64,000 nucleotides of DNA from Mobula hypostoma (Eukaryota): NCBI RefSeq assembly GCF_963921235.1, contig NC_086100.1, forward strand, positions 203,920,001 through 203,984,000. The letters run 5' to 3'. A program made the translations under genes and the position numbers. The notes beneath the pieces were generated by a model that ran no database searches, was not told the origin of the DNA, and saw nothing but the letters and a program-made list of their open reading frames with translations. Below are positions 27,296 to 40,935 of the stretch, in pieces (position 1 is the first letter of the stretch; every line of letters starts with the position of its first letter).

Positions 27296-28084
27296 ATTAT
27301 GTCACGAAACCTTCCTGAGCACCCCGAACAAACGCCGACCCATCTAAACCCATCGCTATAGGGCGATACCAATCAATATTTAGGAAATAAAAATCTTCCT
27401 TCCTGACAATATTGTTATGAATATACCTTTCCAGAATCTGTCTCACTATCCGCTCCTCGATCACCCTGTTACTGTTGAGTGGTCTATAAAAACACCAGTA
27501 GATCTATTGATCCCTTCCTGTTGCTAACTTCCACTCACAGAGACTCAGAGACAATCCCTACATCACTTCCTCCTTTTCAGCGCCTTGACACTATCTCTGA
27601 GCAGCAGTGCCACGCCCCCACCACTTTTGCCTTCCTTCAGGACCTTTCTGAAACATCTATTGGAGACGGACCAGAGGAGGTTCACAAGGATGATTCCAGT
27701 AAGGAAATGGTTATCATACGACGAACGCTTGACGGCGCATGTTCTGTACTCGCTGGAATTCAGAAGGATGGTAGCGATAGGTAGGATATCATTGAAAGAT
27801 TTCGAATTTTGATAGGGGTATACAAAGTAGTTTTAGAAGGGATGATTCCTAAAGTGGGAGAGTTTAGGCCACCAAGCGTAGCCTCAGGATAGATGACCGT
27901 GCTTTCGGAACAGGAATGCGGAGAAATTTCTTTCACCGAAGGGTGGCGAATTTATGGCATTGGTTGCCACATGCAGCTGTGGAGCCAAGGCGGTTGAAGG
28001 TTTATAAGGCAGATATTCATAGGTTCATGATTGGACACGCCATCAAAGGTTATGGGGAGAAACGAGAACTGGGTTGAGGAGCAG

Positions 28085-29440
28085 ATAGAGAGAAAACGAC
28101 ACAGGGTCACAGTAATGCGGACACGCAGGGACACAGAGGCATGGGGATATAGAGACCTAGGGATACAGGGATGCAGAGATAAACGGACACAGAGATTCAA
28201 GGATAGTGAGACATGGGGATAAAGAGACAAAGCAATACAGAGATACAGGGATTCAGATTCATGTGGATAAAGTGACACAGGGATACATGGTTACAGTAAT
28301 ACAGGTACCGGGTACATGGACACGGGTATACAGAAGCATGGTGAGATAGATAAACAGTAATAGAGGGATAAGAGATACGGGGATGCAGAGATAAAGTATT
28401 AAAGGGATAAAGTGTTACCGATATTCAGAGACATGGGGACACAGGGATACAGGAATACAGATAAGCTGGGATACAAGTAGAGAGGGATACAGAGACACAA
28501 TGATAGAGAAACACAGGGGTATAGGATTACAGGTATGCAGGAATGCAGAGACACAGGGATGCAGGGACAAATGGATACAGAGACATAGTGAGACAGAGGC
28601 ACGGGAATATGGAGACACCAATACAGGGATAAATGGATACAAGGTTACAGAGAGTCAGGGATAGGGCGGCTGGGATACAGCTCTAGGTTGATGGAATCAT
28701 ACAGAGACTCAGTGACACAGAAACACCCGGATACATGATACAGGATTACAGATAGCGACAGACATAGATTCCGAGGCACAAAAATAAAGAGACACACCGG
28801 TAAAGGGATGCAAGGATACAAGGACACAGAGATAGAATGGCACAAAAGATTCAGAGATACAGCTATACAGGGAAGCAGAGATACAGGGATAAAGAGACAC
28901 GGGGATATCGGCAGACAGGCATATAGGAAAAAAAAGAGAGATGCAGGTATACAGCGACATCGGAATATAGGGAGATAAATCTGGGGATACAAAGACACAG
29001 GGACACGGGAATACAGAGATACAGGATAGAGGCATTGGGACACAGGGATACAGAGATACAGAAACACAGGATAAAGAGATACAGAGATACGGAGACAGGG
29101 ACAGAGGGATACAGATATACTGAGGTACTGAGACGCGGGCATACAGTAATACAGGGATACAGGAATGAAGCCATACAGAAATACAGAGACACAGTGATAC
29201 AGGGATATAGGGATGAAGCGATATAGAGATACAGAAACACGGTGATACAAGGATAGAGGGATACAGAGATACAGAGACGCAGTGATACAGCGATACACGG
29301 ATGAATCGGTACAGAAACAGAGACACAATGATACAGTGGTACAGGGATATAGAGATGAAGAGATGCAGAGATACAGAGACACAGGAATACATTGATGCAG
29401 GGTTAACAAGATATAGAGACACCGGGGTACAGAGATACAA
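28085..29440 (+). repeat. Degenerate GATACA(G/A)-type satellite, about 8-nt period, purine-rich on +
   Basis: Recurrent GGATACAG / AGATACAG / AGACACAG units. Confidence 0.9.
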
Positions 29441-30175
29441 TTATGCAGAGGGGACTGAAACAATTGTATCCCTGTCGGTGATTTCCTTATATTTATACGT
29501 CAGTGGTTGTTACGGTGTTTGTCGTTGTCCGGATCAGTTGAGTGATTGTGGAGAATATGGTAGGGAATTGCGTGGGGTTTTCAGTGACTTTAACAGTGAG
29601 GCCAGGTTGGTGAACGGTGAGAAATGCCTGGTTGTTAACACGCCCAGAAAGCCATTTTTCTTGTTTTTCTTTTTTCCCGAGAGACGAGTACCTGATGCCC
29701 ACACGAAATATCAGTTGATGTTCTAAAGTTTACCATTAACTTTTTCAACACTTTTCCATGCCGGAACTGTAAGCTGCAAGCAGACAGCATCTTCTGCCAA
29801 GTGGCGGGTGAGAGACATCATGTCTCGGCGTAGTTACGATTTCGTAAGGCATTTTGGTACATTGTCTAGTGTTTCTATAATCGCATATTTATTGTGAAGA
29901 TCGGAACTCTTCACAATTCTGACTATGAGGTCACACGCGATGTCATAATAATACCTCGGCTATTCATTTTTACAGTGAATTGTTCACTTGATTTCATTTA
30001 TAGATTACGCTTTTTTTCAGCTGACGCAGTGAAATTGCTTTGGCGCAACAGAGTTTTCTGGCTCTTATCGACTATTGTCCAGGTACTCCAATGTTTTAAG
30101 AGAGCTTTCGCTTCCATCACGCAAACAGACCATTCTCAGATATAGACATACCGAGAGAGAAAGTAACGGGAACAC
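29441..30175 (-). promoter_or_regulatory. Paralogous copy A1 of the left-edge promoter module
   Basis: Colinear motifs shared with 121-687 (tgtcgg.gat, tatttatac, acagtgagg, gacgagt, gaaatatc, gaactgtaa, gtgagagaca, tctag.gtttct.taatcg). Minus-strand TATAAATA at 29490-29497. Confidence 0.6.
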
Positions 30176-31195
30176 AGGGGTGCAGAGACGCAGGGAAACA
30201 GTTACAGGGATACAGAGACTATGGATACAGGGACACGGAGACTCAGGGATATAGGAATATGGTGATTAATGAATGCAGAGATACAGGGATACAGAAATAC
30301 AGGAATTCAAGGATACCGGGATACGCAGACACAAGGATACATGTAAACTGAGATGCAGAGTCCCGGCGATTGGGACATAGAAATAGAGAGGCAGGCGCAT
30401 CCAGGGAACCTCTGACATGGACTAAAAGGATACGGGGTACAGATACTGAAGGATGGACAGGCACAGGGACACTGTGATACAGAGACACTGGGATGCAGAG
30501 ACACCGGTATACACATATACACGGATACAGAGATACAGAGACAGAGGGCTCAAGAGACACAAGGATACAGGGATTCAAGGATACAGAGAAAGGTGGATAC
30601 ATATGCACAAGGATACAGAGACAGAGGGATAGAGATATACAGTGATACAGAGATAAAGGGAAGGAACGATACCGGGATAAAGTGGTGTAGAATCAGGGAT
30701 ACAGAGAAAGAAGAATACAGAGGCACGGGAATACAGAGTGGGGAAGAGAGACACAGGGATAGAACGATACAGGTATACGGTGATGTAGAGACAGGAATAT
30801 AGAGAAAGAAGGATACAGTAACGCAGGGATACCGAGAGTGGGATATAGGGATACAGGTATACAGTGATGTAGAGACAGGGATACAGAGAAAGAAGGATAG
30901 TGAGACACAGGAATAAAGCGATACAGGGATGTTGTGATGTAGAGACGGATATAGAAAATGAAAGATACAGAGGCAGAGGGATACAAAGTCAGAGAGATTG
31001 AGCGATGCAGGGATTCAGTGATGTCGAGATTTGGGATACAGAGAAAGAATTATACAGAGCCCCAATGTTACAGAGACACAGGGTTAGAACGATACAGCCA
31101 TACAGGGATAGCAAGATACGGAGTCACAGTGAAACAGCAATATAAAGAGACAGGTATAGACGGATACAGGGACAGTGAGAAACAGAAGATAAAGT
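30175..31195 (+). repeat. GATACA-type satellite array
   Basis: Same degenerate 8-mer units. Paralogous to 49090-49985. Confidence 0.9.
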
Positions 31196-31199
31196 TATG

Positions 31200-31930
31200 C
31201 AGCGGGGAGTGCTAGATCTGCAATCATGGCGGAGATTCAGGAATAGGCAGGGCGCGTTCTCGGGATCCAGTTCGTGATTATGGAGAGTAATTTAGGTATT
31301 GCGCTGGGTTTTCCGCTGCTCAGAGATTGAGACCTGGTAAGTGGCGGTGTGATATGCTTCAGACGTTCAGAAAGCCATTTCCTTCCGAGAGAGGAGCAGC
31401 CGTTGAAATATCAAACGATTTTCTGAAGTTTATCATTAACTTGATCGATTCTGCTCCATGCCAGAACAATAATCCGCAAAAGACGGCAAATCAGTTTGAC
31501 ACATTGTCCAGTGTCTCTCCAAACGGTTCTTCATTGCTAAGATATGAAACTTCCACAATTCTGACTATGCCGTGACACGGGATGCAATAACAGCAATGTT
31601 CACCGTATCCCAGCCGTATGATATTCATTTTTTTTCCAGTAAATTGTTAATTTCTTATCATTTATAGCTTATTATTCTCCACTTTAAGCAGTAAAATGTC
31701 TTTGGCGCAATACAGCCAAAGATCCACATGGCACAGAATTGGTCTCATTGGTCTATATTCTATTGCCGAACACTAAGGGTATATATCATTTTACCCGTAG
31801 CTTGCCCAAAGTTTTCTGGCTCTTAACGATTATCGTCCAGCAACACATGAGGTGTTATGAGGGCTTTCGCCTCCCTCACACACACAGACCGCGCTCTCTA
31901 GACCCAATGAATACTCAAGGTGAAGAAAGT
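31200..31930 (-). promoter_or_regulatory. Paralogous copy B1 of the promoter module (TATA box lost)
   Basis: agatctgcaatcatggcggagat matches P0 agatctggaatattgtcggagat; cacaattctgactatgccgtga matches P0 cacagttctaactatgccgtga. No TATAAA at the expected position. Confidence 0.5.
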
Positions 31931-32987
31931 TGTCAACTTCTAGATAATATTCGACTAGCACGTTGTCTAATTTCTATCTCCTAAACGCATCTCTGGTTTA
32001 GCCACGGCTGGAATACAGAGTACATTTCTAGTCGTAATGTTGGAAAAAGGGGTTGGCTGCAATGAAGAAAATGCAAGGGATATTCTCCGGCATGTAGTCC
32101 GTGTTGGACTTCTGTAACTACATGTATACTCTGGGAATATTTGGTTTTGATCAATTGTACCTCAATCACATTCTTCTTTCGGTTACTTTTCTCTAACATT
32201 TTACTGCTTTACCCATATACCCTTTGGTCATTGATATCACCTTGCCAAGAATGTCTCCGACTCCTCAGTGAGTCGGTCGCCGGGAGGGATGTATACCACC
32301 ATTAATCTCTTGCCACACTATCCAGCATTTTCCCATAGCTGAAACATTCTTTACCCATCATTATCTTGCAGAATAGGCTGTACAGCCTCTCTAGTGGATT
32401 CAGTCGTGTGGTTTTGATTAGCGAGCGCATCTACATACAGCGCGCCAACTGTGACGTAACGAATTTGCCATGCTGATGTAAGGTGACCTCCATGCTATTG
32501 TATCGGATATGCCTGCAAATGGAAACTTCTCTTCCCTACGCCATGTATTGCGACTATCTTCCTTCATTTGTGATATGCAGTCGACATATGCTGCAGGATT
32601 AGCTGGTGATGCACGCTCGACGGACTGCCTTTCCATCCGTCGTGGTGGGTAAATACGATGGAACCTGTATGCTCCGCTAGTCGTATCTCATGCCGACGTT
32701 ATGACTCAAGTCTCATTTCTGTGTGGTTATTGATGCTCACACACGGGAGGGCAGATCTCTTCTAATTCTCCGATATAGATGACCTATACAATGTGACGTG
32801 GCGTCACATGGCTCCGTTTTGTTACTTCTGTTATATTTAATAGACGATGATGACCGCGCTGACCAATTCTGAAAGATTTCACATGACTTATAAAGGGTTA
32901 AAGGAGAATCACGTGTTCGTTACACTGCCAGGAACATAGAACTTTCTGTTCATTTTATGACGTAACACTTACTAATATGGAGATTTA

Positions 32988-34344
32988 TGTTACGATCCGG
33001 ACCGTTGATTCCCTGTTTTCCCGTGTCCCTCGACTCTTGTGATTAGAGGCAATTAACACTCGGCTGAACCGGTAGGTTATAGTCTCCAACTTTCAGCCGT
33101 TCGGTGCGGGAGCGTCTGCAAAGTCATCCAAGGTACGGTGTGCCGACGTCATCTGGCAGGAGCAAGCCTAGTCTCTGCCGAAGCGAGTGCCGGTAATTTG
33201 ACTCTCCTCACCGGAGCAACCCTATTCAGTTACCTCGCCAACGCGAGCCTGCAAAGTTTCCTCAACGAGGTGGGTCCGTCAGTTAACCCGCCGGAGGGAA
33301 TCAAGAACCGCTGTCTACTGTTCCCGGGCTGAGTCGAGAACTTGCCACTACCCGCAGGCTCCAAGTCAAGTCCTGGCCCTGGCGGCCTTCAAGTATCAAG
33401 TCAAGTCCTTTCCCTGGCGGCATTCAAGCACCAATTCAAGTCCTGTCCCTGGCGGTATTCAAACACCAAGTCAAGTCCTGGCCCTGGCGGCATTAAAGCT
33501 CAAAGTCAAGTCCTGTTCCTGGCGGCATTCAAGCACCAAGTCAAGTCCTGTCCCTGGCGGCATTCAAGCACCAAGTCAAGTCCTGGTCTTGGCGGCTTCC
33601 CAGTTCTGAGTCAAGTCCTGGCCCTGGCGGTCTGTGATTCCTGTCCTACCCCCTTGTCTGAATCCGTTCTCTGCTCCTCTCGCCTCTAGCCCTCGTCTGC
33701 AGCCCCTGCCTCCACTTCGGTCTAGTTCCATTGCCGGAGCTAGATAGATACTGTCTGGTGTTCATTCGTGTTGGTCTTGTCTTGTCTAGTCCTTGCCTCC
33801 TTGGGGTAAGTCAGGCCGTCTTACCGTTGCTCCGCGGGGAGTCATGCCTTGTCTTGTCTGGTCCTCGCCTACGTGGGGGTAAGTCTGGCCGTCTTGCCGT
33901 TGCCCCGCAAAGGGTTATGAGTCCCGGCCCTATGTCCTGTACCCAAGGAGGGGTCCCGGCTCTGTGTTCTGTATATGTGTCCATGGTTCCATGTACCTGT
34001 TCCCCGAGACCGAGGCTCTGTGTTCCTATGTCCCTCCTCTCCCTAGCCCATGTCATGTCCATGCCTGGTTTTGGAGTCCGAGACCGAGGCAAGACCAGGT
34101 ACTGTGTCCTTGCCCAGTCTCTGGCTCGGAGTCCATACCCTAGCCTCTTCATGTCCCCTCTAGTTCTGGGAGCCGATTCCGAGTCTAAGCCCAGCCCCTT
34201 GGTCCCAGCCTAGCCGTAGTCCTGAGTCCTTGTCCTGTTCGCTATTCCTGCTCCTGCCTTGCTTTCCTGGTATCGAACAATAAACTAAATCTAAGTAACC
34301 TCACAAGATGTGTCTTGCATTTGGGTCTACCCGCCAGTGTGACA
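32988..34344 (+). mobile_element. Solo LTR with an internal 35-bp minisatellite
   Basis: TGTTAC...GTGACA termini, AATAAA near 34279. Homologous in inverted orientation to 43689-44920. About 7-8 copies of CAAGTCAAGTCCTGTCCCTGGCGGCATTCAAGCAC at 33362-33630. Confidence 0.75.
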
Positions 34345-34699
34345 GGTAGTGATTAAAGGGGAGAACAGACTGGGACATTTTGCATGGCAGGAGTTTATTC
34401 ATCCTTGATGAATGGCCTGGAGCACAATGATTCAGAATGTTGCTTGAGCACTATAGGCTCACAGGCCGAGAGGCAGAGAAACAGGCAGTTTCACTATCAC
34501 ATCCATTAATTGTCGATAGACACTTATCCTACTGCCTGCATTTGGATAATTTCTTACTAGATCGCCATTTAAAATGCTTTCCTAGAATTCTCTTTAAAAG
34601 CAGTGATTGCATTTATCTCCAGCATACTTACCGAAAGCGAATTTCAGATACCCACTAATAACAATGCAAAAACAAACTGAAATAGTTCTAAGATTAATC

Positions 34700-36850
34700 C
34701 AGAAGCTATCGGAAATGTACTATGCTACTCCGATCATCGAGTCTGCTCCGCCATTCCATCATGGGTAACTTATTAATCTGCTCGACTTCATTTTGCTTTT
34801 CCCATTGCAACATTATATGTGATTTGAAACGGCCGTCTGCTGTACCATGTCATCGTGTTCTGCTTTCTTTTCTTCTCTTTGTAGCTTTTGAAGCCTGAGA
34901 AAATCTATCAAAACCCATCCAAATCTATCAAATGACTTGGCACCCATAGCAATCCATTATAAGGAATTCCACAGATTCTAGATAAAGATTCTAGTTAATT
35001 CCATCTAGTTAAAGAAGTCTATATTCCAAATGGAAATCCCTCTTTTATGACAGCATTGTCTTCTGGACATAGAACCACAGACTAAAGGACACATGATAAT
35101 CAGATCAACTCTGTGTAGGACTTTCACTATTCAATATGCTTCTGAGAGACCTGCCACTACCTATTATTCTTCTGAAGTCCAGAACGTTCAGGCACAGAAC
35201 AGTTAAACTTTCTACGTAGGTTAACCACGTATTTTCTGGAATCAATTCTTGAACGGCATCTGGATACACCGATGTCAGCACATCTCCGCTCAGATAACGG
35301 TGCAAGAAATGCTCACAGTACTCCAAGTCCAGTCTGATCAAAATCTTATATAACCCTGGATTCCATCTTGTATCTTCTAGTCCTTTGCAAATGAGTACTA
35401 TCATAGCACTTGGTTTCCACACCAGTGCCCAACCTGCAATTTAACCATTCGGGAATGCTGCAGAATGATACCCAAGTCGCCTGACATCTGTGATTTTTTT
35501 TCAGTTCGTTCCCTGTTTTGAAAATAGTCTTTGTCTTTATTTCTTCAACCAACGTGCATGACTGTACATTCCCTTACACTGTATTCAATACATGATTACT
35601 TTGTCTATTCTAGCAGACTGTCCAAGTAATTCTGCGGACCCCTGCTCCTCGAAATTTCCTGCCCCTCTACCTACATTTGTATTATCAGGAAACTTCTCCA
35701 CAAACCATTAATTCCATTATCCAAATCTTTGGCATATAACATGATAATAAGTGGTCCCGATATTGACCCCTGTGGAACATCACTAATTACTGACAGCTAA
35801 GGAGAAATAGCCTTCTTTATTATAACTTGTTTCCTGCCGTGAGCCAATCTTCTATCTTCCGTGCTATCTTTCCTGTAGTGCCATGGGTTCTTATGTTAAG
35901 CAGCCTCAAGTATGGTACATGGTCAAGTACCTTCTGAAAATACATACAAACAAAACCCACAGACTCTCCTTTGCCTATCCCACCTATTATTTCCCCAATG
36001 GAATCGGAAAGATTTAAAAGGCCTCAGCCCATCATATTTCCGACCACTGAATTCAAACAAAGCGGCCAGTCATTTTCTTTCTTCTACCTCTCGGTATTCT
36101 CAAAGACTGGAGTGACTCTGCAAAATTCCAGTCCTCCTGAACCATTATCCTGAAATAATGTATCACCTGGCGAGGCAGTCCAGGACAAGAGGATACAGCC
36201 TTAGGACAAAGGGGCGTATATTCAAAACAGATGCAGGAAATATCTTTAGCAAAAGGGTGATGAATTTGTAGAATTTATTACCACAAGCAGCTCTGAAGGG
36301 AAGGTCATTGGGTATATTTAAGGCAGATATTGATCGGTTCTTGATTGGACTTGGCATCAAAGGATTACGAGAAGAAGATCGGGGAATACAGTTGAGGAGG
36401 AGAAAAAGGATCAACCATGATCGAATGACGGAGCAGTCTCGATGGGCCAAATGTCTGAATTCTGCTCCTTTATACTATAGTCTTAGGGTCTCTATGCTAC
36501 ATTATCTGCCATCCCTTTTGTTGTAATATGTCTTTGACTTCCTCTTTTATTCACGGCTGCCACGTTTGCATTTTGGAATACTTTATTTTACTATTGGTAT
36601 CCACGCCCTCAGAATTCCTTTGCTGATGTGCCGTCATCCCTGCTTGTGTCCCCTTCTAATCAACTTTGGCCAGATCCTCTCTCATGCCACTGTAATTCCG
36701 TTTATTCCACTATAATACTGATGCGGATTATTTCATCCTCGGCCTCTGAACTGAAATGTGAATTCTAAAATGTAATGGTCGGTGTATTGTAAGGGATCAT
36801 TTAACTTAAGCTCCCAAATCAAATATGGTTCATTTCACTCCACCCAATCA
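34700..36850. mobile_element. Mosaic of old CR1 fragments (mostly minus strand; plus-strand 3' piece at about 36165-36495)
   Basis: Degenerate LYKILIRLDLEYC (35105-35422) and GIFKADIDRFL (36308), plus GVPQG-like sequence at about 35765. Confidence 0.65.
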
Positions 36851-37951
36851 CAAGCTGTACTGAAATGCCTTTCTCCTCCAAACCAGTTAATATTGTTTGA
36901 ACCTGCTCGCCTTGACTTCCTCTTCTTCCACGGTTGTCTCCTCCTCCCGATGGAATACTTATTCACTTATTGTTGATATCTTTTCTGCGCTTTCCAAATT
37001 TTTCCCACAAACTGCAGACAATGTTGTTGTGCACTACAACATCATCCACCTTATACTGTGCACTGCCTCATCCACACCACTTCACTCTGGTTCTGATAAC
37101 GATGTAGATTTATTTTAAGCCATGCCCAACTGCCCTAGCGAACGTGCCACGATGCTATTGATCGCATTTCCAGCTCAGGTCAAGCCGTCCGCTTTGTACA
37201 TGTCATAACACTGCCGGAATAAATATCAATGTGTGAAGAGAATTAGGCGAGAATGATTAGGGCCAAACTGCTGTGGGTATCCGAGACTAGAATCGAGACA
37301 CTGAACTAGACTAAAACGAGGGCAGGATTCAAAGCAGGACGCTCGTCGAGAATCAGAAATTGAACTGACGAATGAGCACTGATCCTCAGTTCAGGTGCTC
37401 TTGAAATATTAGAATCCTGGCGTCAACACACGGCTGCCAAATAGCGGGACGGACCTGCATAATTAAAGGAACGGCCCAGCCATCCATGTGCCGGAGAATT
37501 CGAGCGTCTAAATCGCAATTGCCATGCTGACTATTACTAGTCATATTATGCCTCTCGAAATGTTCATAAATCTTGCCTCTCAGGATCTTTGCAATCAACC
37601 TGTCAGCTATTGAAGTAAGACTCACTGGTCTATAATTTCCTGGGCTATCTTGACTCACTTTCTTGAATAAGGGAACAGCAACTGTAATCCGAAGCCGTCT
37701 AGTCCACGTTGATGATGCAAAGATCATTGCAGGAGGCTCAACTATCTCCTCCCTCGCATCCTATGTAGCCTGGTGTGCATCTTGTCCGGTGCCGTAGACT
37801 TACCCAACGTGATGCATTTCAAAAGCTCCAGCACTTCCTCTTTCTTAATATCTATATACTCAATCTTTTCAATCGGCTGTAAGTCATCCCTACAAACACA
37901 AAGATTCTTTACCGTCGTGAATACTGAAGAAAAGTATTCATTAAGTACCTA

Positions 37952-38251
37952 GCAACACACGTAAAGGTTGTTGGTAAACGCAGCAGGCCAGGCAGCATAA
38001 CTAGGAAGAGGTACAGTCGACGTTTCTGGCCGAGACCCTTCGTCAGGACTAACTGAAAGAAGCGCTAGTAAGAGCTAATAAGCTAGTAATCTCTTACTAG
38101 CTCTTCTTTCAGTTAGTCCTGACGAAGGGTCGCAGCCCGAGACGTCGACTGTACCTCTTCTTAGAGATGTTGCCTGGCCTGCTGCGTTTACCAGCAACTT
38201 TTATGTTTGTTGCATGAAATTCCAGCATCTCCAGATTTCCACGTGTTTGTG
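37952..38251. mobile_element. Penelope-derived fold-back mini-element with two inverted hammerhead motifs
   Basis: Long inverted repeat centred near 38080. Motifs at 38015-38050 (-) and 38115-38150 (+). Perfect 14-bp TSD TCATTAAGTACCTA at 37938-37951 and 38252-38265. Confidence 0.88.
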
Positions 38252-38777
38252 TCATTAAGTACCTATGACATCTCCTCCGTTTCAATGCACTCTTTTCCAC
38301 TGTCTCACTTGATTGGTCCTATTCTCTCACATCTTATCCTCTTGCTCTTCAGGTACTTGTAGAATGCCTTGGAGTTTTACTTAATCCTGCTCGCAAAGGC
38401 CTCCTCATGGCCCCTCCTAGCACTTCTAATTTCATTCTTAAGCTCCTTCCTGCGAGCCTTATAATCTTCTACATCTCTATCATTATCTAGTTATTCGAAG
38501 CTTTCGTAAGCTTTTCTTATCTTCTTGAATAGATTTTCAACAGCCTTTGTACACCACAGTTCCTGTTCCCTGCTGTCCTTTACCCATCTCATCTAAGGGA
38601 TGCCCATGCAGAACGCCACTCAAATATCCCCTGAACTTTTGCCACATTTCTGCCGTACATATCTGTGAGAGCATTTGTTCCCAATTTATGCTTTCAAGTC
38701 CCTGCCTGATAACTTCATATTTATCCTTACTCCAATTAAATGCTTTCCTAACTAGTCTTTTCCTATCCCGCTCCAAT

Positions 38778-40935
38778 AGGCGCTCCAGGGTTGTTTTGAG
38801 GCGACAGACTGGAAGGCACTCTGTGAGCTACATAGAGAGGATATTGATGGGCTCACAGAGTGCATCACTGATTACATTAACTTCTGTGTGGACTGCAATG
38901 TTCCGACAAGAACTGTCCTTTGTTATTCAAATAACAAGCCCTGGGTGACATAGGACATTAAGGACATCCGAACGCTAAAAAGAGGGTGTTTAGAGATGGA
39001 AATGGGGAGGAGCTGAGGGCAATACAGAGGGACATGAAAGCCAGGATCAGAGAGGCTAAAGACAGGTACAGGATGAAGCTTGAGTGGAAACTCCAGCAGA
39101 ACAACATGAGAGAGGTCTGGAGGGGGATGAGGACCATCACTGGATTCCGGAAAACTCGCAACAGAGTAGCTGAATGCAGTATGGACAGGGCCAACAAACT
39201 TAACCTGTTCTTTAACAGATTTGACATTGTGACCCCTGCCCAACCCCCACATGAGTCATCTGTTGACGGCCCCCAACCAACACATTCCACTCTCCCCTCC
39301 TACCTCTCCTCACAGTCCCCCACCCTGCTCTCATGACTATACCCCTCCCCCACACGAAACCACCACGGTGGGCTTCACGGCTGAACAGGTGAGAAGACAG
39401 CTGAAACGTCTCAACCCAGGCAAGGCTGCAGGACCGGATGGTGTCAGTACCAGGGTGCTCAAAGCTTGTGCCCCTCAGCTATGTGGAGTACTTCGCCGTG
39501 TATTCAACATGAGCCTGAGGCTTGGGAGGGTTCCTGTGCTGTGGAAGACGTCCTGCCTCGTCCCTGTGCCGAAGACGCCACGCCCCAGTGGCCTCAATGA
39601 CTACAGACCGGTGGCATTGATCTCCCACATCATGAAGACCCTGGAGTGACTTGTCCGGGAGCTGCTGCGGCCTATGGTCAGGCCACACTTAGATCCCCTC
39701 CAGTTCACCTACCAGTCCCGACTAGGAGTTGAGGATGCCGTCGGCTACCTGCTGAACCGTGTCTACGCCCACCTGGACAAGCCAGCGAGTACTGTGAGGG
39801 TCATGTTTTTTGACTTCTCCAGTGCGTTCAACATCATCCGCCCTGCTCTGCTGGGGGAGAAGCTGACAGCGATGCAGGTGGATGCTTCCCTGGTATAATG
39901 GATTCTTGATTACCTGACTGGCAGACCATAGTATGTGTGCTTGCAACACTGTGTGTCCGACAGAGTGATCAGCAGCACTGGGGCTCCACAGGGGACAGTC
40001 TTGTCTCCCTTTCTCTTCACCATTTACACCTCGGACTTCAACTACTGCACAGAGTCTTGTCATCTTCAGAAGTTTTCGGATGACTCTGTATAGTTGCATG
40101 CATCTGCAAGGGAGATGAGGTTGAGTACAGGGCTACGGTAGGAAACTTTCTCACATGGTGTGAGCAGAATTATCTGCAACTTAATGTGAAAAAGACCAAG
40201 GAGCTGGTGGTAGACCTGAGGAGAGCTAGGTTACTGGTGACCCCTGTTTCCATTTAGGGGGTCAGTGTAGACATGGTGGAGGATTACAAATACCTGGGGC
40301 TACGAATTGATAATAAACTGGACTGGTCTAAGAACGCTGAGGCTGTCTACAAGGGTCAGAGCCGTCTCTATTTCCTGAGGAGACTGCGGTCCTTTAACAT
40401 CTGCCGGACGATGCTGAGGATGTTCTACGAGTCTGTGGTGGCTAGTGCTGTCATGTTTGCTGTTGTGTGCTGGGGCAGCAGTCTGAGGGTAGCAGACACC
40501 AACAGAATCAACAAACTCATTCGTAAGGCCAGTGATGTTGTAGGGATGGAACTGGACTCTCTCACGGTGGTGTCTGAAAAGAGGATGCTGTCTAAGTTGT
40601 ATGCCATCTTGCTTGATGTCTCCCATCCACTACACAACGTACTGGGTGGGCACAGGAGTACATTCAGCCAGAGACTCATTCCTCCGAGATGCAGCAGAGC
40701 GTCTTAGAAAGTCATTCCTGCCTGTGGCCATCAAACTTTACAACTCCTCCCTTGGAGGGTCAGACACCCTGAGCCGATAGGCTGGTCCTGGACTCATTTC
40801 ATAATTTACTGGCATAATTTACATATTACTATTTAACTATTTATGGTTCTATTACTATTTATGATTTATGGTGCAACTGTAACCAAAACCAATTTCCCCC
40901 GGGAACAATAAAGTGTGAGTATGACTATGACTACT
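38778..40935 (+). mobile_element. Rex1/Babar-type LINE, 5'-truncated and decayed
   Basis: KAAGPDGV..NDYRPVAL, LDPLQF.Y..GVEDA..FFDFSSAFN, KFSDD, YKYLG..KLDWS..QSRLYFLRRLRSFN. AATAAA followed by (ATGACT)n tail. Confidence 0.88.

Larger units (their letters stand above)
27295..32900 (+). repeat. Segmental duplication, copy 1 (CR1 debris, satellite, module A1, satellite, module B1, unique flank)
   Basis: Colinear with 41060-51680. ORF 27479-27784 matches 41247-41486 and ORF 32418-32636 matches 51138-51422. Confidence 0.9.

Noticed and set aside
29540..29960. Possible V(D)J recombination signals (CACAAT../GGTTTT motifs) in the module
   Set aside because: Wrong heptamer-nonamer order or spacing, and no V, D or J coding segments nearby.
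33362..33630. CRISPR-like 35-bp repeats
   Set aside because: Head-to-tail tandem units without unique spacers, inside a eukaryotic LTR.
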